Source of the DNA: Rubrivivax sp.
Lineage (GTDB): Bacteria > Pseudomonadota > Gammaproteobacteria > Burkholderiales > Burkholderiaceae_C
Direction: 5' to 3'
DNA length: 32,000 bases
Assembly (NCBI GenBank): GCA_031429255.1
Contig: JANOZF010000083.1
Coordinates: forward strand, 2,861 to 34,860
Under the pieces are notes generated by a model. It was not told the DNA's origin. It searched no databases and saw only the letters and a list, made by a program, of their open reading frames with translations. Made by a program: the position numbers and the translations under genes. Of this stretch, positions 24,424 through 32,000 are shown piece after piece; position 1 is the stretch's first letter; each line of letters begins with the position of its first letter.

Positions 24424-24614
24424 CGCGGCGCTGAACTTCGCTGCGCTGCTTGAATGCGCCTGCAGCGATCCATCGATGCCCGTCTGGAGCCGCCCGATGG
24501 CTGCGGAACTTGGTGCATACCCTTGCAAGCCGTGTCGCCAACCGGATTGCGCCGCGGGGTGTTGCCCGCCCATACTGACCCTTCTGCCACACCGCCCTTT
24601 TCGGAGACCCCCGC

Positions 24615-25943
24615 ATGCGCAAGAACCCACCCGCCGCCACGGCCTTCGGCATGAACCCCACCGACGCGCTGAACGACTTGCGCATGTCTGAAAAGTCGAT
24701 GCCGCTGTATGAACACGTCAAGCGATTCATCGCCGAAACGGTGGAGCCCATGAGCGTGAAGTTCGCCGCGCTGGGTGAAGGCCGTGTGGGCGCCGACCGC
24801 TGGCAGTACGCGCCCGGCCAGCTGGAACTGCTGAATGCCGCCAAGGACCAGGCCAAGAAGGAAGGCCTGTGGAACTTCTTCCTGCCCGATGCAGAGACCG
24901 GCGAAGGCCTGTCCAACCTGGACTACGCCTTCATCGCCGTCGAGCTGGGCAAGAACGCGCTGGCGTCGGAGTGCATGAACTGCAGCGCGCCCGACACCGG
25001 CAACATGGAGGTGCTGGAACGCGTGGGCACGCCGGCGCAGAAAGAACGCTGGCTGAAGCCGCTGCTGAACGGCGAGATCCGCTCGGCCTACGCGATGACC
25101 GAGGTGCACCACGCCTCAAGCGACGCCAAGAACATCGCCACGAGCGCCGTGCTGGACGGGGACGACTGGGTCATCAACGGCGAAAAGCACTACATCAGTG
25201 GCGCCGGCAGCCCGCGCTGCAAGATCCTGATCACCATGGTGCGCACCAGCCCCAACGCGGCGCCGCACCAGCAGCAGTCGATGATCCTGGTGCCCAAGGA
25301 CACGCCGGGCGTGGTCATCGAAGGTGCGATGCATGTCTTTGGTGAAGATCACGCGCCACATGGCCACATGCACATCAGCTTCAACAACGTGCGCGTGCCC
25401 AAGTCCAACATGCTGCTGGGCGAGGGTCGGGGCTTCGAGATCTCGCAGCTGCGGCTGGGGCCGGGCCGCATCCACCACTGCATGCGTTCCATCGGTGCGG
25501 CCGAAAAGGCGCTGGACCTGATGGTGGCGCGTGGCCTGTCGCGCAAGGCCTTTGGCAAGCAGCTGGCCTGGCTGGGCGGCAACGTCGAGATCATCTCGCG
25601 GGCGCGCATCGAGATCGAGTCGATGCGCCTGATGGTGCTGAAGGCCGCCAAGGCGATGGACGTGCTGGGCAACCGCGAGGCGCGTTTGTGGGTGCACATG
25701 GTCAAGGCCATGGTGCCCGAGCGGGTGTGCCTGATCATCGACCAGGCCATCCAGATGCACGGCGCCTTGGGCGTGTCGCAGAAGACGCCGCTGGCGCACA
25801 TGTATGCGCAGCAGCGCACGCTGCGCCTGGCCGACGGGCCCGACGAGGTGCACCACCTGGTGGTGGGCCGCAACGAGATGCGCATGCACGAAGGCAGCAG
25901 CGATGGTGACGACGCGTCGATGGCCGCCAGCTTCCGCAACTGA
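24615..25943 (+). CDS. acyl-CoA dehydrogenase family protein (ACAD10/11-like, ~440 aa class)
   Basis: GGAGA Shine-Dalgarno sequence at 24603-24607. ACAD N, middle and C-terminal domains are recognisable (SAYAMTE...[34 protein letters not shown]). Confidence 0.9.
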   Translation: MRKNPPAATAFGMNPTDALNDLRMSEKSMPLYEHVKRFIAETVEPMSVKFAALGEGRVGADRWQYAPGQLELLNAAKDQAKKEGLWNFFLPDAETGEGLSNLDYAFIAVELGKNALASECMNCSAPDTGNMEVLERVGTPAQKERWLKPLLNGEIRSAYAMTEVHHASSDAKNIATSAVLDGDDWVINGEKHYISGAGSPRCKILITMVRTSPNAAPHQQQSMILVPKDTPGVVIEGAMHVFGEDHAPHGHMHISFNNVRVPKSNMLLGEGRGFEISQLRLGPGRIHHCMRSIGAAEKALDLMVARGLSRKAFGKQLAWLGGNVEIISRARIEIESMRLMVLKAAKAMDVLGNREARLWVHMVKAMVPERVCLIIDQAIQMHGALGVSQKTPLAHMYAQQRTLRLADGPDEVHHLVVGRNEMRMHEGSSDGDDASMAASFRN

Positions 25944-25945
25944 TG

Positions 25946-25990
25946 GATGGCGATTCAACCGATGGCGATTCGGCCGATGGCGATTCGACC
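25946..25990. repeat. 15-bp tandem repeat x3 (gatggcgattcNNcc) immediately after the ACAD stop
   Basis: gatggcgattcaacc (25946), gatggcgattcggcc (25961), gatggcgattcgacc (25976). A partial tgatg precedes them. Confidence 0.9.
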
Positions 25991-26026
25991 GCCCCACGCC
26001 GCGCCACAACCTCACAGGCCCACACC

Positions 26027-26833
26027 ATGAATCAACCACTCCACGGCAAGGTGGCGGTCATCACCGGCGCCGGTTCCGGCATCGGCCGCGCCGCGGCGCT
26101 GCGCTTTGCAGCCGTTGGAGCCCGGCTGGTGCTGGGTGACAAGTCCGAAGCCGTGCACGACACGGCGCGCCAGGTGCAAGCCGCCGGCGGGCAGGCGGTG
26201 GCGGTGCAGATGGACGCCGGGCTGGAAGCCGACGTGGCGGCGCTGGTGGCCACCGCGCTACAGCTGCACGGCCAGCTGGACGTGGCGTTTGCCAACGCCG
26301 GCGTCTCGGGCGGTCGCGACGGCATCTTCGACGCCACGCCCGAGGCCTGGGCCGAGGTGCTGCGCGTCAACCTCATCGGCCCGTGGCTGATGGTCAAGCA
26401 CGCCGGCAAGGTGATGGTCGATGCCGGGCGCGGTGGTTCCATCATCTGCACCGCGTCGGTGGCGGGCATTCGTTCGGGCGCTGGCGGGCCGGCCTATTCG
26501 GCGTCGAAGGCCGGTGTCATCAACCTCGTCACGGTGTCGGCGCAGCAGCTGTGCGAAAGCAACGTGCGCGTCAATGCCATCTGCCCGGGCCTGACCGAAA
26601 CCGGCATGACCAAACCCGTGTTCGACTACGCGCGCGACAAGGGTTCAGAGGCCAGGCTGGGCCGGCTGAACCCACTGCGCCGGGCGGCGCAGCCCGAAGA
26701 ACTGGCCAACGTGGCGCTGTTCCTGGCGTCTGACCAGTCCAGCTACATCAACGGGCAGGCCATCGTGGTGGACGGTGGCCTGTCCAGTTCGCACCCCGTC
26801 ACGCGGCAACTGCCGGGCCAGACGGCCGTCTGA
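26027..26833 (+). CDS. SDR-family oxidoreductase (classical, FabG-like)
   Basis: Internal ATG at 26027 gives the canonical N-terminus [27 protein letters not shown] motif and catalytic YSASK present. An upstream ATG at 25943 is an alternative start (see findings). Confidence 0.85.
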   Translation: MNQPLHGKVAVITGAGSGIGRAAALRFAAVGARLVLGDKSEAVHDTARQVQAAGGQAVAVQMDAGLEADVAALVATALQLHGQLDVAFANAGVSGGRDGIFDATPEAWAEVLRVNLIGPWLMVKHAGKVMVDAGRGGSIICTASVAGIRSGAGGPAYSASKAGVINLVTVSAQQLCESNVRVNAICPGLTETGMTKPVFDYARDKGSEARLGRLNPLRRAAQPEELANVALFLASDQSSYINGQAIVVDGGLSSSHPVTRQLPGQTAV

Positions 26834-26863
26834 GCGCCCCATTTACCGCACCGGAGACCCCGC

Positions 26864-28045
26864 ATGGACCTGAACTACTCGGCTGAAGAAATCGCCTTTC
26901 GCGACGAGGTGCGCGGCTGGCTCGAAGCCCATCTGCCCACCGACATCCGCGACAAGGTGGTGGGCTACCACGGCATGAGCAAGGAAGACCACGGCCGCTG
27001 GCACCGCATCCTGGCCGACCAGGGCTGGTCGGTGCCGCATTGGCCGGTGGAGTGGGGCGGCACGGGCTGGGACATCACGCGCCGCTACCTCTACGACGAG
27101 CAGTTCGGCCTGGCCGGCGCGCCGCTGCTGCCACCCTTCGGGCCCAGCATGTGTGCCTCGGTGCTGCTGAAATTCGGCACGCCGCAGCAGAAGCAGCGTT
27201 TCCTGCCGCGCATCCGTACCGGCGAAGACTTCTGGGTGCAGGGCTACTCCGAGCCCGGGGCCGGTTCCGACCTGGCGGCGCTGAAAACCCGTGCCGTCAG
27301 AGACGGCGACGTCTACCGCGTCACCGGCCAGAAGATCTGGACCACGCTGGGCCAATACGGCGACTGGATCTTCTGCCTCGTGCGCACCGACGCCACGGCT
27401 GAAAAGCGCCAGGAAGGCATCAGCTTCCTGCTGATGGACATGCAGACGCCCGGCATCACGGTGCGCCCCCTGATCCTGATGGACGGCGGCCATGAGGTGA
27501 ACGAGATCTTTTTCGACGACGTGCCGGTGCCAGTGGAGAACCTGGTGTTCGAAGAGAACAAGGGCTGGACGGTGGCCAAGTACCTGTTGGGGCACGAACG
27601 CATGGGTTCGGGCAGCGTGGGCGGCTCGCGGCGCGAACTGGCGGCGCTGAAGGCGCTGGCCACGCGCGAGCTGAACCACGGCCAGCCGCTGATCGACGAC
27701 CCGCGCTTTCGCGACAAGCTCACGCGCGTGGAGATCGAGCTTGACGCGCTGGAGCTCACCTCGATGCGCTTCCTCGACAAGATGCGCCGCAGCGGCCAAC
27801 CGCCAGGCGCCGACGTGTCGATGCTGAAGATACGCGGCACCGAGGTGCAGCAGATGATCACCGAGCTGATGATGCAGGCGGTGGGCCCGATGGCGCAGCC
27901 CTTCGTGGCGGTGGACCACGGTCACATCGACCACGTCACGTCGCGCCTGGCGCCCCGCTACTTCAACTACCGCAAGGCCAGCATCTACGCCGGCTCCAAC
28001 GAGATCCAGCGCAACATCATCGCCAAGATGACGCTGGGCCTGTAA
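26864..28045 (+). CDS. acyl-CoA dehydrogenase family protein (putative catalytic subunit)
   Basis: GGAGA Shine-Dalgarno sequence at 26853-26857. 393 aa. Motifs YSEPGAGSDLAAL, YRVTGQKIWTT, LLGHERMG, IYAGSNEIQRNIIA. Confidence 0.9.
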   Translation: MDLNYSAEEIAFRDEVRGWLEAHLPTDIRDKVVGYHGMSKEDHGRWHRILADQGWSVPHWPVEWGGTGWDITRRYLYDEQFGLAGAPLLPPFGPSMCASVLLKFGTPQQKQRFLPRIRTGEDFWVQGYSEPGAGSDLAALKTRAVRDGDVYRVTGQKIWTTLGQYGDWIFCLVRTDATAEKRQEGISFLLMDMQTPGITVRPLILMDGGHEVNEIFFDDVPVPVENLVFEENKGWTVAKYLLGHERMGSGSVGGSRRELAALKALATRELNHGQPLIDDPRFRDKLTRVEIELDALELTSMRFLDKMRRSGQPPGADVSMLKIRGTEVQQMITELMMQAVGPMAQPFVAVDHGHIDHVTSRLAPRYFNYRKASIYAGSNEIQRNIIAKMTLGL

Positions 28046-28069
28046 ACGCGCGCAGCAGGGCACACCACC

Positions 28070-29188
28070 ATGAACTTTGAACTGACGGACGAACAACAGC
28101 AGCTGGCCGACTCGGTGGCCAAGATGCTGGCCAGCGACTACGCCTTTGAAAAGCGACAGTCCATCGTGCGCTCGGCCAGCGGTTTTTCAGACACCGCCTG
28201 GGCCACCTTTGCCGAGATGGGGCTGCTGGCGCTGGCGCTGCCCGAGGCCGACGGCGGCTTTGGCGGTGGCGCGATGGACCTGATGGCGACGATGGAAGCC
28301 TGTGGCGATGCCCTGGTGGCAGAGCCGCTGCTGGACAACATCGCACTCGGTGGCCGACTGGTGGCCCACGCGGGCAGCGCTGGGCAACGAACGGCACACC
28401 TGCCAGGGCTGGCCGACGGCAGCCGTCGCATCGCTGTGGCGTACCTGGAGCCCGGGCGCCGCTACAGCCTGGACCCGCAAACCACCACCGCACGCCGCGA
28501 CGGCGCACACTGGGTGCTGGAAGGCGCCAAGTGCGTCGTCATCGGTGCGCAGCAGGCGCACAGCTTCGTCGTCTCTGCGCGCAGCGCCGAAGGCGCCAGC
28601 CTCTTCATCGTCGACGCGAAAACCGCCGGTCTGGCGCTGAACCCCAGCCGCACCGTGGACGGCCTGCGCTGCGCCGACCTGCAGCTCACGGGCGTGCGCC
28701 TGGGCGACGATGCGCTGCTGGGCGCGGCCGGCAGCGCGCTGCCGCACATCGAAGAGGCGGTGGACTTCGCCACCGCGCTGCTGTGCGCCGATGCCATGGG
28801 CGCCATGCGCTACGCACTGGACGCGACGCTGGAATACACGAAGACGCGCAAGCAGTTCGGCACGCCCATCGCGTCGTTCCAGGTGCTGCAGCACCGCATG
28901 GTGGAGATGCTGATCAGCCTGGAACAGGCGCGCTCGATGGCCATCCTGGCGGCGGCCAAGGTCGATGCGGGTGGTGATGCGCGCGAACGCGGCCGCGCGG
29001 TGTCGGCGGCCAAGATCAAGATCGCCGATGCGGCGCGCCTCATCAGCCAGGAATCGGTGCAACTGCACGGGGGCATGGGCATGACCGAAGAGCTGAAGAT
29101 CTCGCACACCTTCCGCCGGCTGACGATGGCGGCACAGCGCTTCGGCGACGCCGACCACCACCTGCAGCGTTACGCCGCGCTGGCCTGA
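28070..29188 (+). CDS. acyl-CoA dehydrogenase family protein (putative non-catalytic partner subunit)
   Basis: 372 aa with an ACAD fold (YTKTRKQFGTPIASFQVLQHRM, QLHGGMGMTEEL). Starts 24 nt after the previous ACAD gene. Confidence 0.85.
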   Translation: MNFELTDEQQQLADSVAKMLASDYAFEKRQSIVRSASGFSDTAWATFAEMGLLALALPEADGGFGGGAMDLMATMEACGDALVAEPLLDNIALGGRLVAHAGSAGQRTAHLPGLADGSRRIAVAYLEPGRRYSLDPQTTTARRDGAHWVLEGAKCVVIGAQQAHSFVVSARSAEGASLFIVDAKTAGLALNPSRTVDGLRCADLQLTGVRLGDDALLGAAGSALPHIEEAVDFATALLCADAMGAMRYALDATLEYTKTRKQFGTPIASFQVLQHRMVEMLISLEQARSMAILAAAKVDAGGDARERGRAVSAAKIKIADAARLISQESVQLHGGMGMTEELKISHTFRRLTMAAQRFGDADHHLQRYAALA

Positions 29189-29194
29189 GCGCCC

Positions 29195-30241
29195 ATGCCC
29201 GTGCCCGTGCCCGACACTGCAAGTGCCCAGCCCACGCCCGCCGGCCTGGGCAGCATCGACGACACCTTGGCGCTGCTGCGCAGCGTGGGCTACATCGCCA
29301 CGCGGCAGATCGCCACCGCGCTGTACCTGGCGCACCACCTGCGCAAGCCGGTGCTCATCGAAGGCCCGGCCGGAGTGGGCAAGACCGAGCTGGCCGTGTC
29401 CGCGGCAAGGGCCTTGAACTTCGCACTCTTGCGCCTGCAGTGCTATGAAGGCCTGGACGACAGCAAGGCGCTGTACGAATGGAAGTACGGCAAGCAGCTG
29501 CTGTACACGCAGATCCTGAAAGAAAAGATCGGCCTGCTGGTGGACGACGCCGACACGCTGGACGGCGCGTTGGCCAAGCTCGGCAGCTTTCAGGACCTCT
29601 TCTTTTCGCGCCCTTTCCTGCAGCCGCGGCCGCTGCTGCTGGCGATGGAACAGAGCGGTGGCAGCGTGCTGCTGATCGACGAGGTGGACAAGGCCGAAGA
29701 GGCCTTCGAGGCGCTGCTGCTGGAGGTGCTGGCCGACTACCAGGTGACGATTCCGGAAATCGGCACCGTGCGCGCGCAGGTGCCGCCGCTGGTCATCCTG
29801 ACCTCGAACAACACGCGCGAGCTGGGTGATGCGCTGAAGCGCCGTTGCCTGCACCTGCACATCGGCCTGCCCGACGCGGCGCTGGAAACGCAGGTGCTGC
29901 GTGCGCGCGTGCCCGGCATTGCCCAGGCGCTGCTGGCGCAGCTGGTGGCCTTCGTGCAGTCGTTGCGCGAGCAGAACGTGCGCAAGCCGCCGTCCATCGC
30001 CGAGTCGGTCGACTGGGCGCGCGCGCTGGTGCTGCTGCATGCCCCGGCGCTGGACGAGGCGCTGGTGCGTGACACGCTGAACGTGCTGCTCAAGCGCGAG
30101 AGCGACATTGTCGAGGTGCAGCCGCAGTTGGCTGCGCTGACACGCGAGGCTCGCGCTGCGCAGCTTGCGCCGTCATTGCCGCTCGCGTTGCCTTCCTCAG
30201 CCGCTGCATCGGTTGCATCGGCACAGACCGCACCGGTGTGA
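29195..30241 (+). CDS. MoxR-class AAA+ ATPase (CoxD-like)
   Basis: Walker A GPAGVGKTELA, Walker B VLLIDEVDKAEE, LQCYEGLDDSKALYEWKYGKQLL segment typical of the CoxD-like MoxR subgroup, sensor/Arg finger region TSNNTRELGDALKRRC. The ATG lies 6 nt after the ACAD stop. Confidence 0.9.
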   Translation: MPVPVPDTASAQPTPAGLGSIDDTLALLRSVGYIATRQIATALYLAHHLRKPVLIEGPAGVGKTELAVSAARALNFALLRLQCYEGLDDSKALYEWKYGKQLLYTQILKEKIGLLVDDADTLDGALAKLGSFQDLFFSRPFLQPRPLLLAMEQSGGSVLLIDEVDKAEEAFEALLLEVLADYQVTIPEIGTVRAQVPPLVILTSNNTRELGDALKRRCLHLHIGLPDAALETQVLRARVPGIAQALLAQLVAFVQSLREQNVRKPPSIAESVDWARALVLLHAPALDEALVRDTLNVLLKRESDIVEVQPQLAALTREARAAQLAPSLPLALPSSAAASVASAQTAPV

Positions 30242-30268
30242 CCGGGCGCCGCGGTCTGAACTGAAGGC

Positions 30269-31702
30269 ATGGAAGCGACGCTGGCCGGCTACGTGCGTGC
30301 GCTGCGGGCAGCGGGCGCAGAAGCCTCCACCGCGGAGACCATCGACGCTGCGCGTGCCGTGGCGTTGGTGGGTTATGCCGACCGGGTCGACCTGAAAGCG
30401 GCGCTCGGCCTGGCGCTGGCGAAGTCCGAGGACGAGCAGCGCATCCACGACCGCGTGTTCGATCGCTACTTCGGCGTGCCCGAGCCGGGTTCGCCGGGCC
30501 CGGCAACGCGCACGGCGGCATCGGCCATGCCAGTGGACGTGCCGTCCCCGGCGGCTGACGTGACGGCCGCGGTGTCAGCTCCCATGGACCTCGACACCCC
30601 TGCGCAGTCGGCAGATGCCATCGCTGCGCTGCAGGCGCTGGCCGCCGGCTTCGGCCCGCATGCCGACGCGCAGGCGGCTGCCGGCCTGCAACTGGCGCTG
30701 GCGCACGCCGCTGCCGCGGCGCGCGTCGACGACATCCGCCTGTTCACGCAGGCCGCCCATCTCACGCGCCGCATGTTGCAGCTGCTGGGCATCGCTGCGC
30801 TGGAGGAACGCCTGTTGCAGCAGCTCGGTGACACCGCGGCCGCAGCGCAGGCCGAAGCACAGTCGCTGCAGTCGACACGGGCCACGCTGCAACGCGCTGC
30901 GCGTACCCATGTGGACCATGCCTTCGAACTCTATGGCCGCCCCGCCACCGAAACCTTCATGACCGAGGTGGCCGTGCACCGGCCGCTGGGCCGCATGGCG
31001 CCCCAGGACATGCAGCGCATGAAAGCGGCGGTGGCGCGCATGGCACGCAAGCTGGCCGCCCGCCATGCACGCCGCCAGAGAGTGCAGTTGCGCGGCCAGC
31101 TCGACATGCGCCACACGCTGCGCGCCAACGCCGGCCACGACGGCGTGCCCTTCGACCTGGTGTTCAAGCACCGCCGCCGCGACCGGCCGCGCATGGTGGC
31201 CGTGTGCGACGTCTCTGGGTCGGTGGCCGCGCAGGTGCGCTTCCTGCTGCTGTTTCTGTACGCGCTGCACGGCGTGGTGGGCGAGCTGCGCAGCTTTGCA
31301 TTTTCCAATCGGCTGCAAGAGGTCAGCGCGCCGCTGGAGCAGCTGCCCTTCGACGACGCCATGGCGCTGATCCTGAAAGAGGTGGGCATGGGTTCCACCG
31401 ACTATGGCCGGGCCTGGTCCGACTTGCATGAAAGGCACCTCGACGCCATCGACCGCCGCACCACGCTGCTGGTGCTGGGCGACGGCCGCAGCAATGGCAC
31501 GCCCCCGCGGCTGGACCTGTTTGCCGAGCTCGCCCAGCGCGCCAAGCGCGTGGTGTGGCTGTGCCCCGAGCCGCCCGGCCGCTGGGGCACGGGCGACAGC
31601 GCCATCCTCGGCTACCGGCCGTTCTGCACGGCATTGATGCATTGCGCCACGGTGGTTGACCTGGAGCGTGCCATCGACGAGGCGCTGTCGGCCTATCACT
31701 GA
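30269..31702 (+). CDS. VWA-domain protein (CoxE-like)
   Basis: C-terminal VWA domain with MIDAS motif DVSGS in VAVCDVSGSVA. ...LLVLGDGRSNG and WLCPEP motifs typical of the CoxE family. An Ala-rich low-complexity linker spans about residues 80-150. Starts 27 nt after the MoxR stop. Confidence 0.85.
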   Translation: MEATLAGYVRALRAAGAEASTAETIDAARAVALVGYADRVDLKAALGLALAKSEDEQRIHDRVFDRYFGVPEPGSPGPATRTAASAMPVDVPSPAADVTAAVSAPMDLDTPAQSADAIAALQALAAGFGPHADAQAAAGLQLALAHAAAAARVDDIRLFTQAAHLTRRMLQLLGIAALEERLLQQLGDTAAAAQAEAQSLQSTRATLQRAARTHVDHAFELYGRPATETFMTEVAVHRPLGRMAPQDMQRMKAAVARMARKLAARHARRQRVQLRGQLDMRHTLRANAGHDGVPFDLVFKHRRRDRPRMVAVCDVSGSVAAQVRFLLLFLYALHGVVGELRSFAFSNRLQEVSAPLEQLPFDDAMALILKEVGMGSTDYGRAWSDLHERHLDAIDRRTTLLVLGDGRSNGTPPRLDLFAELAQRAKRVVWLCPEPPGRWGTGDSAILGYRPFCTALMHCATVVDLERAIDEALSAYH

Positions 31703-31808
31703 CCCAGCCAGGTCATGGTCACTGCGCCACCCTGGACCAGCACCTCGGGTTGAAATGAAGACGAACACCGCAAGTGACCCAGGCGGCCATCATCGGCCGA
31801 TCGGGTAA

Positions 31809-32000
<192 letters not shown>

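Noticed and set aside
24511-24527. Sigma-54-like promoter tggtgcataccc-ttgca upstream of the 442-aa ACAD gene
   Set aside because: The GG-to-GC spacing is 13 nt rather than the 12 nt of the TGGCAC-N5-TTGC consensus, and the -24 element reads TGGTGC. No enhancer-binding protein gene is nearby. A similar near-miss at about 10858-10875 upstream of the M16 gene is one nt too short.
24603-24617. Near-identical leaders cggagacccc(c)gcATG in front of two ACAD genes (24602-24617 and 26852-26866), considered as a shared regulatory element
   Set aside because: The match covers essentially just the Shine-Dalgarno sequence, the spacer and the start codon (about 14 nt). It is most simply explained by paralogy or strong-RBS convergence, and it is too short to argue for a regulatory RNA.

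Overview
This is a very GC-rich, GC3-saturated bacterial chromosomal segment. Gene content and protein motifs look betaproteobacterial (Burkholderiales, Comamonadaceae-like), though that is my inference without a search. The window has two contrasting halves.

(A) Positions ~1-15,300 are a decayed mosaic. A few intact genes sit here: a hemerythrin-domain protein, a divergent OmpA-like secreted protein, an MBL-fold lipoprotein, a phnD-phnE-phnC-like ABC importer followed by a metallophosphoesterase-like gene, a ~927-aa M16 zinc protease, and a tail-anchored Ser/Thr-kinase-like protein. They are interleaved with at least seven gene remnants:
- a frameshifted Tat-lipoprotein gene
- an IS91-family transposase fossil
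- an S9 peptidase with frameshifts and a large internal deletion
- an ABC-2 permease 5' stub
- a chemoreceptor 5' stub with a frameshift in a G5 run
- a TPR-regulator 3' stub
- a possible premature stop in the metallophosphoesterase gene

(B) Positions ~15,300-32,000 are intact and tightly packed, with every gene on the + strand. First comes an 8-gene putative organic-acid/lactone catabolic operon (SMP-30 lactonase-like, GntR/FCD regulator, IDH/IPMDH-family dehydrogenase, Gfo/Idh/MocA oxidoreductase, TRAP DctPQM, ABM monooxygenase). Next is a beta-oxidation-like cluster (two SDRs, an alpha/beta hydrolase, three acyl-CoA dehydrogenases). That cluster runs directly into a MoxR(CoxD-like) AAA+ / VWA(CoxE-like) pair and the start of a nitronate monooxygenase gene.

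Three short intergenic tandem arrays (two with a 13-bp period, one with 15 bp) sit at gene junctions.

I found no CRISPR array, tRNA/rRNA, prophage, secretion system or recognisable defence system. The most unusual items are the client-less MoxR-VWA pair fused to the acyl-CoA dehydrogenase operon, the degenerate kinase next to the M16 protease, the junction-associated tandem arrays, and the local density of pseudogenes. All functional calls rest on motif recognition by eye. No database search was possible.
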